NCBI GenBank assembly: GCA_038087875.1
Contig: CM075988.1
Span: 19,346,001 to 19,410,000, forward strand
Reading direction: 5' to 3'
Length of the DNA stretch: 64,000 nt
DNA from: Malacoraja senta
Lineage: Eukaryota
Every line of letters begins with the position of its first letter. Within the stretch, counting starts at the first letter, position 1. The notes below the pieces were generated by a model, which did no database searches, was not told where the DNA came from, and saw only the letters and a list, made by a program, of their open reading frames with translations. Shown here piece after piece: positions 42,410 to 54,145 of this stretch. Both the position numbers and the translations under genes were made by a program.

Positions 42410-42516
42410 GTGTTTAAGAATCGCCGTCTGAAGAAGGGTTTCGGCCCGAAACGTTGCCTATTTCCTTCGCTCCATAGATGCTGCTGCACCCGCTGAGTTT
42501 CTCCAGCATTTTCGTG
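42410..42516 (+). mobile_element. Penelope-like terminal fragment
   Basis: 14-bp TSD TACCTCRGGATACT (42396-42409/42517-42530). Confidence 0.85.
42426..42457 (+). ncRNA. Minimal type I hammerhead ribozyme-like motif
   Basis: CTGAAGA-A-GGG(TTTCGG)CCC-GAAAC-GTT: CUGANGA box, short stem II, GAAA box, palindromic ACGT stem III. Confidence 0.7.
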
Positions 42517-42869
42517 TACCTCAGGATACTTCCAGTTTCCAGCCCCGCGACGTGGATGCTTCTGCTATGGTGGGCCACAAGTAGCCAAATAGCTCAGTTG
42601 GGGCATCTTGATCGGTATGGACGAGCTGGGCTGAAGGGGTTGTTTCTATGACTCTATGATCTTTCTGGCAGGAAAGCAGAGGGAGCCTGCGATCCACCCT
42701 CTGATACATTGTCAGAGCTGTTGGGTAACTCACCTCTTACACAATCCGGCTGATGCTGCCCAGTAATTCAACTGAGCACAGAGGTCATGTTTCACCTTAA
42801 ATTTTCATCAACGACAGCATTTTACCAAATTTGCTGATAGCGGATGGCGGATGTGCAGGATGTGCAGGA

Positions 42870-43673
42870 GTGGGCGCCGTTTGTATGGCAGCCTGCCTGC
42901 AGTCCGTCGTCTACTTTTTTATTGTCTGAAACATTTTTTTTATTGGAGTCTATTCTTTCTATGTGGGGGGGAACTGTTTTAACCCCAGTCCTACCTGGTC
43001 GGAGATGCGGTTTTCCTCCTAATCGCGTCTCCGTTCTCCCCATGCGGCCTTCCATCGGGCTGGAGCGGCGTTCCTGCCGGGGACCACAGCTTCGGCGGCA
43101 CAGTGCTGGGACACCAACGGGGAGCGGGCGATGCCTTGCCGGGTCGCCGCTCCGGAGTGCTGTGGCCACCGACCACCAACATCGGGCAGCCGCGGTCTGT
43201 GGTTTGAGGGCATCCCACCGCGGGCGGGCGACGCTGGATCAGGAACACCGCGGAGTCGAAGCTCCAACCGGCGCGGCCTGAAGTCCGCGGGCGTCGCAGT
43301 CTCCGGGGAAGGAGCGGCCGCTTCAGACATTTTCAAGCTGCTGAGGACTTTTCCACCCGATGCGGGTGGGCAGACAACATCGGGCTGCCGTTGCGGCGGC
43401 TGGCTGCAGTGGCCTCAGACTGGCCCCGACCTCGGGTGGACTAGGAGGAGGAGGAGGACTGGACATTTAGTGCCTTCCCTCACAGTGGAGAGTGTAGATT
43501 CTACTGTGGGGGATGATCGTGTTTGTGTAAAATCTCTTATAGTGTGTTGTCATTTTTTCTATCTCTTTTTATTATTTGTATGGTTAGTTAACTGTAAAGT
43601 ACTTTGGCTTTTGATTTAATTCAATTGGAAAATGTGCTATATAAATAAACTTATTATTATTATTATTATTATT
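42870..43673 (+). mobile_element. GC-rich non-coding retroposon with L2-like 3' tail
   Basis: CpG-rich body ending TGCTATATAAATAAAC(TTA)n; ORFs in all frames lack recognisable domains. Confidence 0.55.
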
Positions 43674-43908
43674 GTCTTTGTCTAAAATCCTCACGGAGCT
43701 TAACGCCAGCCAAGACACACTGCCAGAAAGTTGCTGCAAAGCTTTCTTGCAACTTCAGAAACCAGCGAGGGATGTTTGAGGGATATATTCTAAGTTTGTT
43801 CTCAAAGTGACTCTTTTAAGTTTTTGCTTTTTGATGCAGAGCAACAACAAATGACCACCAGACGCTTGACGTGGGTTAGATTGAACGGTCTATAGGTTTA
43901 AGAATACA

Positions 43909-44207
43909 GGGCAGCACGGTGGCGCAGCGGTAGAGCTACTGACTTACAGCGCCAGGGGTTCGATCCTGACTACGGGTGCTTGTCTGTAAGGAGTTTGTAC
44001 GTCCTCCCTGTAACTTGCGTGGGTTTTCTCAGAGATCTTCGGTTTTCTCCCACACTCCAAAGATGTACAGGTTTGTAGGTTAAATGGCTTGGTATAAATG
44101 TAAAATAAATTGTCCCTAGTTTGTGTAGGGTAGTGTTAATGGGTGGGGATCGCTGGTCGGTGCGGACTCGGTGGGTCGAAGGGCCTGTTTCCAACATTGT
44201 ATCTCTA
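43909..44207 (+). mobile_element. V-SINE (HE1-like), full length
   Basis: Same family; an opposite-strand copy follows at ~44345-44582. Confidence 0.88.
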
Positions 44208-44279
44208 ATATAAACTTGGATAAACCTGCAAACAAGAAAACTTGTGACTTGATGAAGGCTTTCTGTCCTTTATGCCGTC

Positions 44280-44343
44280 GGGAATGTATCCCTTATTTTT
44301 ACCTTTTGTCCCTGATTTGGGAGTGAGAAAGTTGGCAACCCTA
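44280..44343 (-). mobile_element. Single end of a hAT-like DNA transposon
   Basis: Reverse complement starts TAGGGTTGCCAAC; partner TIR not found. Confidence 0.5.
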
Positions 44344-45162
44344 ATGTTATCCCACTTTATCAACCGCTCCCTACACACTGGGGGCAATTTACAGAAGCCA
44401 ATTAACCCACAAACCCGCATGTTTTTGGGATGTGTGAGGAAACCGGAACACCCGGAGAAAAGCCATGCAGTCACAGGGAGAACGTGCAAACTACACACAG
44501 ACAGCACCAGAGATCAGGATCGAACCTGGTTCCCTGATGCTTTAAGACGGCAGATCTGCCAGCTACGTCACAGTGCTGCCCATAATTCATTATCAAAATG
44601 ACAAAATTAAGAGCAGAGAATATTTAATTTGACATCTGTTATTTGTCCGAATCACAGTTTTGCTCCACTCTAGGAAACATGAATTGTGCTACTCAATTTC
44701 ACGGTTGCCATAAGGTTTCAGCATCATTTTTTCCTGAAAATGGCCATCATTTCTTATCATTCCACTGAATTCCACTTCCAACCATATATTTTCTTGGTGA
44801 GTAGCACTACATAAGGAACAGGTCCTGTCAAACTATCGCATCTTTCTGCTATGATTTTCTCAGGGCACATCATGAACATGTTTTAAATTGCAGTCCGAGA
44901 TGAATTGGAGTAAAGTAGTTTATCAGAGACAATTCAGATCAAGCTATAAAGAAGAGCAGAAGGCGGACATTGAGGCTGTTTGGTCAATTCAGTTTTAGAT
45001 CTAATCAACATATTTGCTTTGGCTGCTGTTACAATGGCCTTTGGGACACTGCACTGCTACTAAACAAAAATAGCATGCAGCAGAATTTTATTGAAAGAGT
45101 CAACCTTCAAAAAATGCTCGTCTTGGCAAATCTCCTCACACCCAGCTACTTTTATAGGTTCA

Positions 45163-46375
45163 CTAGACCAAGTGCAGACCCATTGGGTCTGTTTCCCCAA
45201 TGCGCGTTTGCTGGGGGGGGGGGGGGGGCAGCGGCGTCACACTAACCACCGTCGGGTCTGTACCTCCAAAGCACGGTTGCGGGGTGGGAATCTGGCACCC
45301 ACAAACACACACACTCATCACAACCCTTGATATTATCTTAATTTTATTAATTGGCGTCTTTTATCCCATCTCCACCCTATCCACTGACGAATAGCCCTCA
45401 CCTCTCCGGTGTGTCTAGAGGGGGGCAGAGAGAGTGTGCACAGACAGAGTTGGAAGAGAGAGAGAGAGAGAGAGAGAGGGCAGAGAAAAAGATAAAGATC
45501 AAAGAGAGAGAGCAGAGATAGGGGTAGGGGGTAGAGTGGGAAGAATGTGGATGGAGGTGGAAGAGTGGGGAGGGGGAGGGGGAGGGGGTGGGAAGTGGGT
45601 GGGGGAGGAAAGGGGGGTGGGGGGATGGGGGTGGGGGAGAGAGGGAAGGGGGTGGGGGAGGGAAGGGGGGAGAGGGAAGGGGGTGGGGGAGAGAGGGATG
45701 GGGGTGGGAGGAGGAGGGGAGGAGAGGAGAGGGTGAGGAGAGGGAGATGGAGAGGGGGAGGAGAGAGGGATGGGGAGGGGGATGGGGAGAGAGGAGTGGG
45801 GGGAGGGGGGGGGATGGGGGAGGGATGGGAGGAGGGAGATGGGGTAGGGGAGGGAGGGGGAAGAGTGTGGAGGGAGGGGGAGAGGGGTGGGGGGAGAGAG
45901 GGAAATAGTGGGGAGGGAGAGTGGAAGGGGGAGGGGTAGGGACAGTCCATCTGTTCCCCATTCCCTATCACCCCCAATCCTCTTTCTCTATTCCAACACA
46001 TGTGATGACGCGCTTCGACACAGGCTGCGCGGGTTGGGGGGAGGGGCTGGGCTTGGGCTGGGGCTGCTGCAAAAGCATATGTAAATGGATCCATTCTGAT
46101 TGGACATATGTGAGCATTTGGCATTGTGACATCACACGATGGAACGTTCACCAACATTCTATTGGTGAGAGCTTTTTTTTTGTAACATTTTGAAATTTTG
46201 GGGGGGGGAGAAAGATTTTATTAAAAATGTGTACATAAACACGACGAAATTTAATCAGGAGTGGCTACTTGGAATGAAAAGTGAAATCTCTACCGAAATG
46301 GAAAAAATCTCGGCGTTTCTGCGTGTGGTGTTGGCATAGCGACAAATCAAAGGCTGGCAGCCACAAGACAGGCAG

Positions 46376-46408
<33 letters not shown>

Positions 46409-46420
46409 TTTAAAGATAGA
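45163..46420 (-). mobile_element. Non-autonomous Helitron, unit 1 of a tandem array
   Basis: Minus strand begins TC (46420) and ends CTAG (45163-45166) followed by T; palindrome CAGACCC-ATT-GGGTCTG at 45175-45191 close to the 3' end; internal G-rich and (CA)n tracts. Confidence 0.85.
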
Positions 46421-47683
46421 CTAGCCCCAAGTGCAGACCCGTTGGGTCTGTCTCTCCAACGCGCGTTTGCCGGGGGGGGGGGGCTGCGGCGTTCCTCCAA
46501 AGCACGGTTGCGGGGTTGGAATCTTGCACCCACAAACACGCACACTCATCACACCCCTTGATATTATCTTAATTTTATTAATTGCTTCTTTTATCCCATC
46601 TCCACCCTATTCACTGACGAATAGCCCTCACCTCTCAGGTGCATCTAGAGGGGGGGGGAGCAGAGAGAGTGTGCACAGACAGAGTGGAAGGGAGAGAGAG
46701 AGAGGGCAGAGAAAAAGATAATGATCAAAGAGAGAGAGAGCAGAGAGATAGCAGATGACAGGCGCTGCAAGTGGAAAAGTGTTTTATTAAATCATAAAAT
46801 GTAAATAACTTAAAATACAACAATTTAAATGGTAAAGATAAAATGTATTCAGTTTATGTTCATTTTGTTTTGTCTCTTGCTCCATGTTTTGTGTTCTTTC
46901 TCGTTTATCCTCGACATATTCAGTTATTACTTCTTGGGTCTCTCCTCTTTCTCGCTCCACACTCTTCCCCCTCCCTCCACACTCTTCCCCCTCCCTCCCC
47001 TACACCATCTCCCTAATCTCCTCCCTCCCCCCTCCCCCACACCTCTCTCCCCTCCCCCATCCAAGGGGTGGGGGGAGAGAAGGGAGGGAAGGGGAAGGGA
47101 GGGGGAGCGAGAGAGGGGTGGAATAAGGGGGAGAGAAGTGGAACAGTGGGGAGGGAGGGGTAGGGGGAGTGGTGGATGAAGGACAGAGGGGTAGGTGGAA
47201 GGGGGCGGGGGAGAGTGGGAAGGGGGACTGGGGGAGAGAGGGATGGGGAGGGGGAGAGAGGTGTGAGGGAGGGGGGAGGGATGGGGAGGGAGGGGATTAG
47301 GGAGATGGGGTAGGGGAGGGAGGGGGAAGAATGTGGAGGGAGGGGAAGAGTGTGGAGGGAAAAGGGGGGTGGGGGAGAGAGGGGATGGGGGTGGGAGGAG
47401 GAGCGGAGGGGAGGGAGAGGGGTGAGGAGAGGGAGATGGAGAGGGGGAGGAGAGAGGGGTGGGGGATGGGAGGACAGAGGGGTGGGGGAGGGGAGAGAGG
47501 TATGGGGTAGGGGGTGTGGGGGTGGGATGGGGGAGTGAGGAGAAGAGGGAGATGGGGTAGGGGGAGGGAGGAAGAAGAGTGTGGAGGGAGGGGAGAGGGG
47601 GTGGGGGGAGAGAGTGGGAAAGAGTGGGGAGGGAGAGTGCGAGAGTGGGGGGAGGGGGGAGAGGGGGGGGAGGGGAGGGGGGG
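46421..47683 (-). mobile_element. Non-autonomous Helitron, unit 2 (runs into assembly gap)
   Basis: CTAG 46421-46424, hairpin CAGACCC-GTT-GGGTCTG 46434-46450; 46421-46750 closely repeats 45163-45520. Confidence 0.8.
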
Positions 47684-47883
47684 NNNNNNNNNNNNNNNNN
47701 NNNNNNNNNNNNNNNNNNNNNNNNNNNNNNNNNNNNNNNNNNNNNNNNNNNNNNNNNNNNNNNNNNNNNNNNNNNNNNNNNNNNNNNNNNNNNNNNNNNN
47801 NNNNNNNNNNNNNNNNNNNNNNNNNNNNNNNNNNNNNNNNNNNNNNNNNNNNNNNNNNNNNNNNNNNNNNNNNNNNNNNNNNN
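47684..47883. other. Assembly gap (200 N)
   Basis: Run of N adjoining a G-rich low-complexity tract. Confidence 1.
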
Positions 47884-49639
47884 TACTCCACCATTAAATC
47901 CCTCCTCATCTCCTTTCTGAAGGTACTTTGTAATAAAGGAACTGCAATTTTAGCTAAACCCAATTTCGTTCATTCCCACAAGTCTTGAAAATTATCATCG
48001 TAAATCACCTCACTATTAGATTTGTAAAGATGTAAGTGGATGTCCAGATTGAGGTAAATTTGTACCAGCTGGGGCTCCACTGGAAACAGTCCCATCCCCA
48101 GGTTAGACAGCTATGGATTCAAGACCTGATCCAGTAATCCAAGCAGCAAACCATCACAGAGTAGTTCTGATCAAATGCTGCACTCTCAGAGGTGCTGCCT
48201 TTTGCATGAAATATTAAACTGAGGTCTGTTCTTTCCAGCAGATGTAAGCACCCATGCTGGTGAACAGGAGTGTTATCTCAATGTACTGGGCAAGATCTGC
48301 CTCCACCACTACTCCCTGGGTGAGAAGCACAAAACTTAAAGGAAATGTGCAGGGCGGGGCAGGTTTCTTACCCAGAGAGTGGTGGGGGCCTGAAGTGCGC
48401 TGCCAGGGGTGGTGGCGGACGCAGATACAGTAGAGGAGTTTAACAGACTTTCAGACAGGGACATGGACATGCAGGAAATCGAGGGCTGTGGATCATGTGC
48501 TGGCAGAGGAGATTAGTTTATCTTGGAATCGTGTTCGGCACAGACATGGTGGGCTGAAGTTCCTGTGTTGCGCTTTCTTACCTACCATGTTCTATTTATT
48601 TCCAATGAAAATTCATAAAAAACTGATTAGCTTAGAAATCATTTCCATTTGTTGCAACATTCCATGCAGTTACAAGCAGCTTTGCTGGGGGTAGATGACG
48701 TTCGAGATCTTAGGACGACTGGGGTGGAGGAGTGGTCATACCAGTTCCAATGTTTGCATCCTGGTATCCCTTTCGTTAGCACATCTTCACCAACCAACAA
48801 TGGGCCATTATGGACTCCACCCTTCCTGAGGTCACCTGTTGCCGACCCTGATTTGTTCTGGTCTTCTATCGCAACCAGTCACCCCCCACATCTCTATCTT
48901 TCAGTCTGAAGAAGAGTTCCAACCCGAAACGTCACCTATTCTTTGTCACAGAAGGCTGTGGAGGCCAAGTCAATGGATATTTTTAAGGCAGAGATAGATA
49001 CTGTAGATTCTTGATTAGTACGGATGTCAGAGGTTATGAGGAGAAGGCAGGAGAATGGGGTAGGAGGGAGAGATAGATCAGCCATGATTCAATGTCGGAG
49101 TAGACTTGATGGGCCAAATGGTGTAATTTTACTTCGGAGTCACGTGAGTGACTACGTGAAGAACCCCGTCAGGGCGCATGCGCGTCATTTACGTCTGACG
49201 CATTGGCGACAACGGCAGCTCGAGCTCGGAGCTCCTGCTGCAACGTGAGTAAATACAGCTCCACCAAAGTCGGGGAGACTTTGGAGGAGTTAGAAAAAAG
49301 TAAATAAATTGTTTCTGTGTGTCTTTTCCCCACATACAGGAACAAGGAAAAGGTGCAGGCTGCTGCCGACAAGGAGAGAGAGAGCTGCGGGATGCAGTCT
49401 CTGAAAGGCAGCCTGTCACCTCGGGGGAGTCGCAAGCCGGTAGCGGTGCGGCGACAGACTTGGCAAAGTGCCCAGCCGGGTACACAGCCAACGCCAGTCG
49501 GGCGGTCGGCATAAGTTAAGTCTGTCAGGGCTATAGACTCCGCAGAGTCGGGCCACGAGAGTCCCGTCGGGGACAGGATACCGTTCCCCAGCAGTTATCC
49601 AAAAGGAGCAGCTCATACAGGGGCTGCTCCACAGAGACG

Positions 49640-49880
49640 CTCCAGGAGGAGTTGTGTGGGCGGGAAGCCATAGGTAAGGCTCCGCTGGCAGTGCCTAGGA
49701 GAGGTCTGTCTCATAAAGCCACAATTCCAGGAGGAGTAGTGCAGGCGGGAAGCCTTAGGGAAGGCTCCGCTGGCAGTGCCTAGGAGAGGTCTGCTTCATA
49801 AAGCCATACTCCAGGAGGAGTTGTGCAGGCGGGAGACCGTGTGGACGGCTCCGCTGGCAGTGCCTAGTAGAGGCCTGCTT
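49640..49880 (+). repeat. ~84-bp tandem repeat x3 in the DIRS gag region
   Basis: TCCAGGAGGAGT recurs at 49641, 49726, 49810, each followed by GGCTCCGCTGGCAGTGCCTAG. Confidence 0.9.
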
Positions 49881-50600
49881 GAAAGCACCCTCTTTGCAAG
49901 AGGTGAGTGCAGAAGGGCAGATACGCTCTGACCCTGAGTCCGACGACTTCCAAAGGGAGGGCAGGCAGCTGTCAGAGCTGACACCGTGTGCAGCACGTTT
50001 TGCCATGTCGTCGGATGCTGGTGAGCCTCTGGGTGAGGAACTTGCCACCAGCATAAATTACCAAGTCTCACATCAGCTACAGGAGCTGACAATGGATGAG
50101 ACAGTAACGAAGTATGAAGCCCCAATCAACTGTGGACTGTTCAAAGTTCCTGTTGGGAACAGGAAGAATTGGGGTAAGATGGGCATACTAATGAAAGCCC
50201 AGGAGCATGTGAAGCTCCAGCATATTTTTAAAGTTGCTGGCATCTAGTATAACGAGCTTTGCCAGGATGGTGGATGGAGAGGGCATGACAAATTACAACA
50301 AAAGGCGCTATTGTGGAGTGCCCACTTTGAGATCAATTGCCTCCGCAAGATGCGATTAGACCAACCATCAATGCTAAATATGCTTCACTCTGCCAGCCTG
50401 GCACAGTGCAACTGGCACAGCTGTTTGGCGAGGATTTCGCACAGCAGGTGAAGGAGCTGGAGGAGGAGGCTAAGACGGCAGCCACATATTCACCAAAGCG
50501 GAAGTATCCCTATAAGGGAGCAGACTGGTCCGGGCAAGGGACGAGTCCAGCTACGATGCAGCGCAGTTGGCGTTCGGCTATAGCACCGCCACGGAGGTGA
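49879..50600 (+). pseudogene. DIRS gag-like ORF remnant
   Basis: IRPTINAKYASLC...LFGEDFAQQVKEL resembles DIRS gag C-terminus; position upstream of RT; frameshifted. Confidence 0.7.
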
Positions 50601-50772
50601 GATATCCAGCTCAAGGCCGGGGAAGAATGCCAGGTGGTAAGGAGGTAAGAGGGTCTGGTTCTCATGTAGACAGATCTAATGTGATACAATTAAATGTTTA
50701 CCTCAGATATGTTTATACTGAAGGTTATTCAAGGGCATCGAATAAAGCTTAAATGCAAATTCTGATTTACCC

Positions 50773-52030
50773 ATGCAACATGTTCCAAAAAAGGAGTTTG
50801 ACTTCAGTATCACTGAACAATTGGAAGTTCAGCTGGAACTTGCAAGCTTATGTAATAAAGGTGTAATTGCTAAGGCAGTTTACCAAAGCCATCAGTTTGT
50901 GTCCAATATCTTTCTCAGACCAAAAAAGGATGGGGGGATGCAGAATTATACAGACCTGAATAGGCTTAACCCTTTTGTACGGTATAGACATTTTAAGATG
51001 GAAACGTTTGTGAAGGAGATCTTAAAGATGCGGATTCAGTGTCTGTTCATTTGCAGGATAGATTTAAAATTCAGCTGGATGGGGAATTATGCCAATACAA
51101 TCCACTGCCTAATGGTTTGTCTTCAGCTCCTAGAGGGATTACAAAGTTTTTAAAACCTATTCTAGGCATGATGAGAAGTCAAGGTCATGTGCTCATGGCT
51201 TAGCTAGTTAATATCTTGATTATAGGACAATCAAAGGAAACAGCTGAAGCATCAGTGGCAGTTGGTAAAAACCAATTTTTAATTGGGCTTTATAAGCTAT
51301 TCTGAGGAATTTAAATTTATACCTGTGACACAAATTGACTAGTTGGGTTCACAATGGACTTAATCAACATCATTGTGACCTTGCCCAGGCGAAAAAGGGT
51401 AGAGCTAATTAAGAGCTATATCAAGTTAATTGCTAACACACAGCCTTCAATTAGCCAGGTGACAAGACTGCTGTGGTAATGGCTGGCAGCATTTCCAGCA
51501 GTTCAATATGGCCACTTTATTATCTACAATTACAAAGGTCAAAGGAACAAGCATTGAGGATACATTGGGGTCATTATAATAGACCTATGCTTCTATCAAT
51601 AGAGGCTGTTGCTGATGTACAATGGTGGATTCAGCATGTGTCCACTAGTAGTTCCAAAGTGTTATTGGACCAAGCTTCCATGATTTCCAGACAGATGTCA
51701 GAGCACTTGGGTAGGGTGCTACTGATACAAGATCCAGCGATAGAGACAGATGAACATTGCTTCTGCATACATGGGGAATTAACCAAGAGTACTTTATGGA
51801 CTCAAGGCTTATGGCACTAACTAAACTAGTTGCATGTGCAGTGCAAAATAGACAACACTGCAGCAGTTGCTGATATGAATCACATGGGTGGAATCAAATC
51901 GTTATCATGTGACAGGTTGGCAAATACAATTGGACCTGGAGTAGGGATAGAGAGATTTGGATTGGAGCTATCTATCTGCCAGGGAAACTTAATGTAGTAC
52001 CAGATGGCAGCTCACGAAAATTCCATCATA
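50773..52030 (+). pseudogene. DIRS reverse transcriptase / RNase H remnant
   Basis: FVSNIFLRPKKDGG, DLNRLNPFV..HFKMET, DLKDA (shifted frame); YLDD position reads *LVN at 51201-51212; RNase H KIDNTAAVADMNHMGG and YLPGKLNVVPD. Confidence 0.9.
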
Positions 52031-52037
52031 ACACAGA

Positions 52038-52370
52038 GTGGATGTGGAACCAGGATGTGTTCAAGAACATAGTACTTCTATATGGAAGGCACCAGATCCA
52101 GGGGCAGTGGCAATTGATGCTTTTTCACTAAATTGGGATGATATGTTTGTGTACATTTTCCCACCATTCTGCCTCATAGGTCGGTGTTTGAGAAAATCAA
52201 GCAGGATGCCGCTTCAGGGGTTTTGGTGATACCAAATTGCCTGATTCAACCATGGTTCCCTTTGATGTTACAGATAGCGATCCAACCTCTTTTTGCTGAT
52301 TCCAAACAGTAGGAATTTGCTGGAGCATCCAGTAACGCATTAAGTTCATCCGTTATGTGACGGTACGGAT
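52038..52370 (+). pseudogene. DIRS Dam-like methyltransferase domain remnant
   Basis: AIDAFSLNW..VYIFPPFCLIGRCLRK and downstream QPWFP. Confidence 0.8.
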
Positions 52371-52394
52371 CTGTTAGTTTGCAGGTTTCAAGAA

Positions 52395-53369
52395 TGCCTT
52401 ACATTGGTCGAGGACTTTCTAGGCCAACGGTGTATATACTCGCTGCAGTCTGGAGAAAGAGTACTCAAAAACAGTATATGATTTATGAAAAAAAAAAAAA
52501 AAAAAAGGAACAATATTGTGTTCAAAAGAATATTCAATATGATACTGTAGTTATTGAAAATGTGTTAGAGTTTATCTACACTTTATTATGATGAAGGTCT
52601 TAGCTATACTGCTATCAATACAGCTAGAAGTGCTTTGTCGGCATATCTTGTAATAGGTACACGGACACAAAGTATAGGTTCTCACCCTCTCATATCTAGG
52701 TTGATGAAAGGAATCTAATTCCAAACCGCCTAAGCCTAGGTATATGGTAATCTGCGAGGTAAGCGTTGTTCGTAACATACTTCGTCATTGGGTCCCTGTC
52801 ACGGCTATAACGTTGTTAAAATTAACCATGAAATTGGCTATGCTAATGGCATTGGTGTCAGTACAGAGAACTTTCCAAAAAACTTCAGTTCGAGAGAATG
52901 GAAGTGAATACAGAGAATGTTCTGTTTTATATTTCTGACCTGCTCAAACAAAGCAGGCCAGGTGTGACAGGTTTTAAGATTGTGTTCTCAGCATATCCTA
53001 CAGCTCCATGTTTATGTGTAAGGACACATTTGTTACATTACATTGAAGCCACAAGGGCTTTAAGACAAGAAGAAACAGGATTATTTGTCAGTTACAAAAA
53101 GCCAACATAAAAGAGTGGCAGTTCAGACTATCTCAAGGTGGTTAAAGCAAGAGTTGGTTCAGGCAGGAATTAACATTTATGTGTTTACATCTCATTCCAC
53201 TAGCGCAGTAGCAACATCCGCGGCCAGGGCGATGGACGTTCCCATCGACCATATATTAAAAGCCGCAGGTTGGAAAAATGAACTTGTGTTTCAGCAATTC
53301 TACCATCGGCCGATTGCCGATGGAGGGCTGTTTGCCAACTCAATATTGAGTGCTGTTGCTATTGTTTAA
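52395..53369 (+). pseudogene. DIRS tyrosine recombinase remnant
   Basis: LKQSRPG, LFVSYKKP, QTISRWLK..L..AGI...FTSHSTS (HxxR degenerate), ILKAAGW...FQQFY; several frameshifts and an A-run at ~52488-52506. Confidence 0.92.
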
Positions 53370-53578
53370 AGTCTGTTTTCAATACTGTTTCATTCTGTTT
53401 CGTTTGTTGCCCTACATTAAGAGGGTTTATTGGTTGTTTTATGACCAAAAATAAAACTGTTTTGTTTTTGCATGATATGCAATGTCAGGTTTACAGCATT
53501 ATTGATGATACTCAGTCAATCGATGCAGTGAGAAGCCGGGATTTTGATCTGCGGCATAAAAATCACAGAGCTTTAAAA

Positions 53579-53690
53579 TCTTCACGTAGTCACTCACGTG
53601 ACTCCGAAGTAAAATAGTAAGATTAAACGAGAACTTACCAGTTTGAAGTTTGATCTTTATTTTATGAGGAGTTACGTTGGTGATTACGTG
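53579..53690. repeat. DIRS internal complementary region (ICR)
   Basis: 53579-53615 is the exact reverse complement of 49126-49162; 53614-53690 is the exact reverse complement of 53842-53918. Confidence 0.95.
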
Positions 53691-54145
53691 CCCGCCACGC
53701 CCAACCCTCTCTCATAGAATAAAGGTCATAATGGTAGTTCTCATGTTGATCATCTTAATATGTTACTTCAATTATGGTGTTGTCTGTGATTTCATACCGC
53801 TGCTTTGAAGATTGACGCGCATGCGCCCTGACGGGGTTCTTCACGTAATCACCAACGTAACTCCTCATAAAATAAAGATCAAACTTCAAACTGGTAAGTT
53901 CTCGTTTAATCTTACTATTCTTGATTAGTACGGATGTCAGAGGTTATGAGGAGAAGGCAGGAGAATGGGGTTAGGAGGGAGAGATAGATCAGCCATGATT
54001 CAATGGCGGAGTAGACTTGATGGGCCAAATGGTCTAATTCTACTCCTATTCCTTATGACCAATTTCCTTTCTCCAGAGATGCTGCCTGACCCACTGAGTT
54101 ACTCCAACATTTTGTGTCTATCTATGATTCTAACGCCTGACCCCA

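Larger units (their letters stand above)
49126..53919 (+). mobile_element. DIRS1-type tyrosine-recombinase retrotransposon, full terminal structure, decayed ORFs
   Basis: ITRs 49153-49187/53813-53847; ICR 53579-53690 complementary to both termini; gag-, RT-, RNase H-, methyltransferase- and YR-like remnants in canonical order. Confidence 0.95.

Noticed and set aside
42822..43619. CpG island or GC-rich host gene
   Set aside because: Overlapping ORFs on both strands with no domain; ends in a retroposon-type (TTA)n tail
45333..47988. Long Pro-, Gly- or Glu-rich ORFs
   Set aside because: Translations of G/A low-complexity DNA, some running through the N gap
50773..53369. Phage integrase plus Dam methylase suggesting bacterial contamination or prophage
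   Set aside because: Domain order and ITR/ICR structure are those of a eukaryotic DIRS retrotransposon embedded in vertebrate repeats
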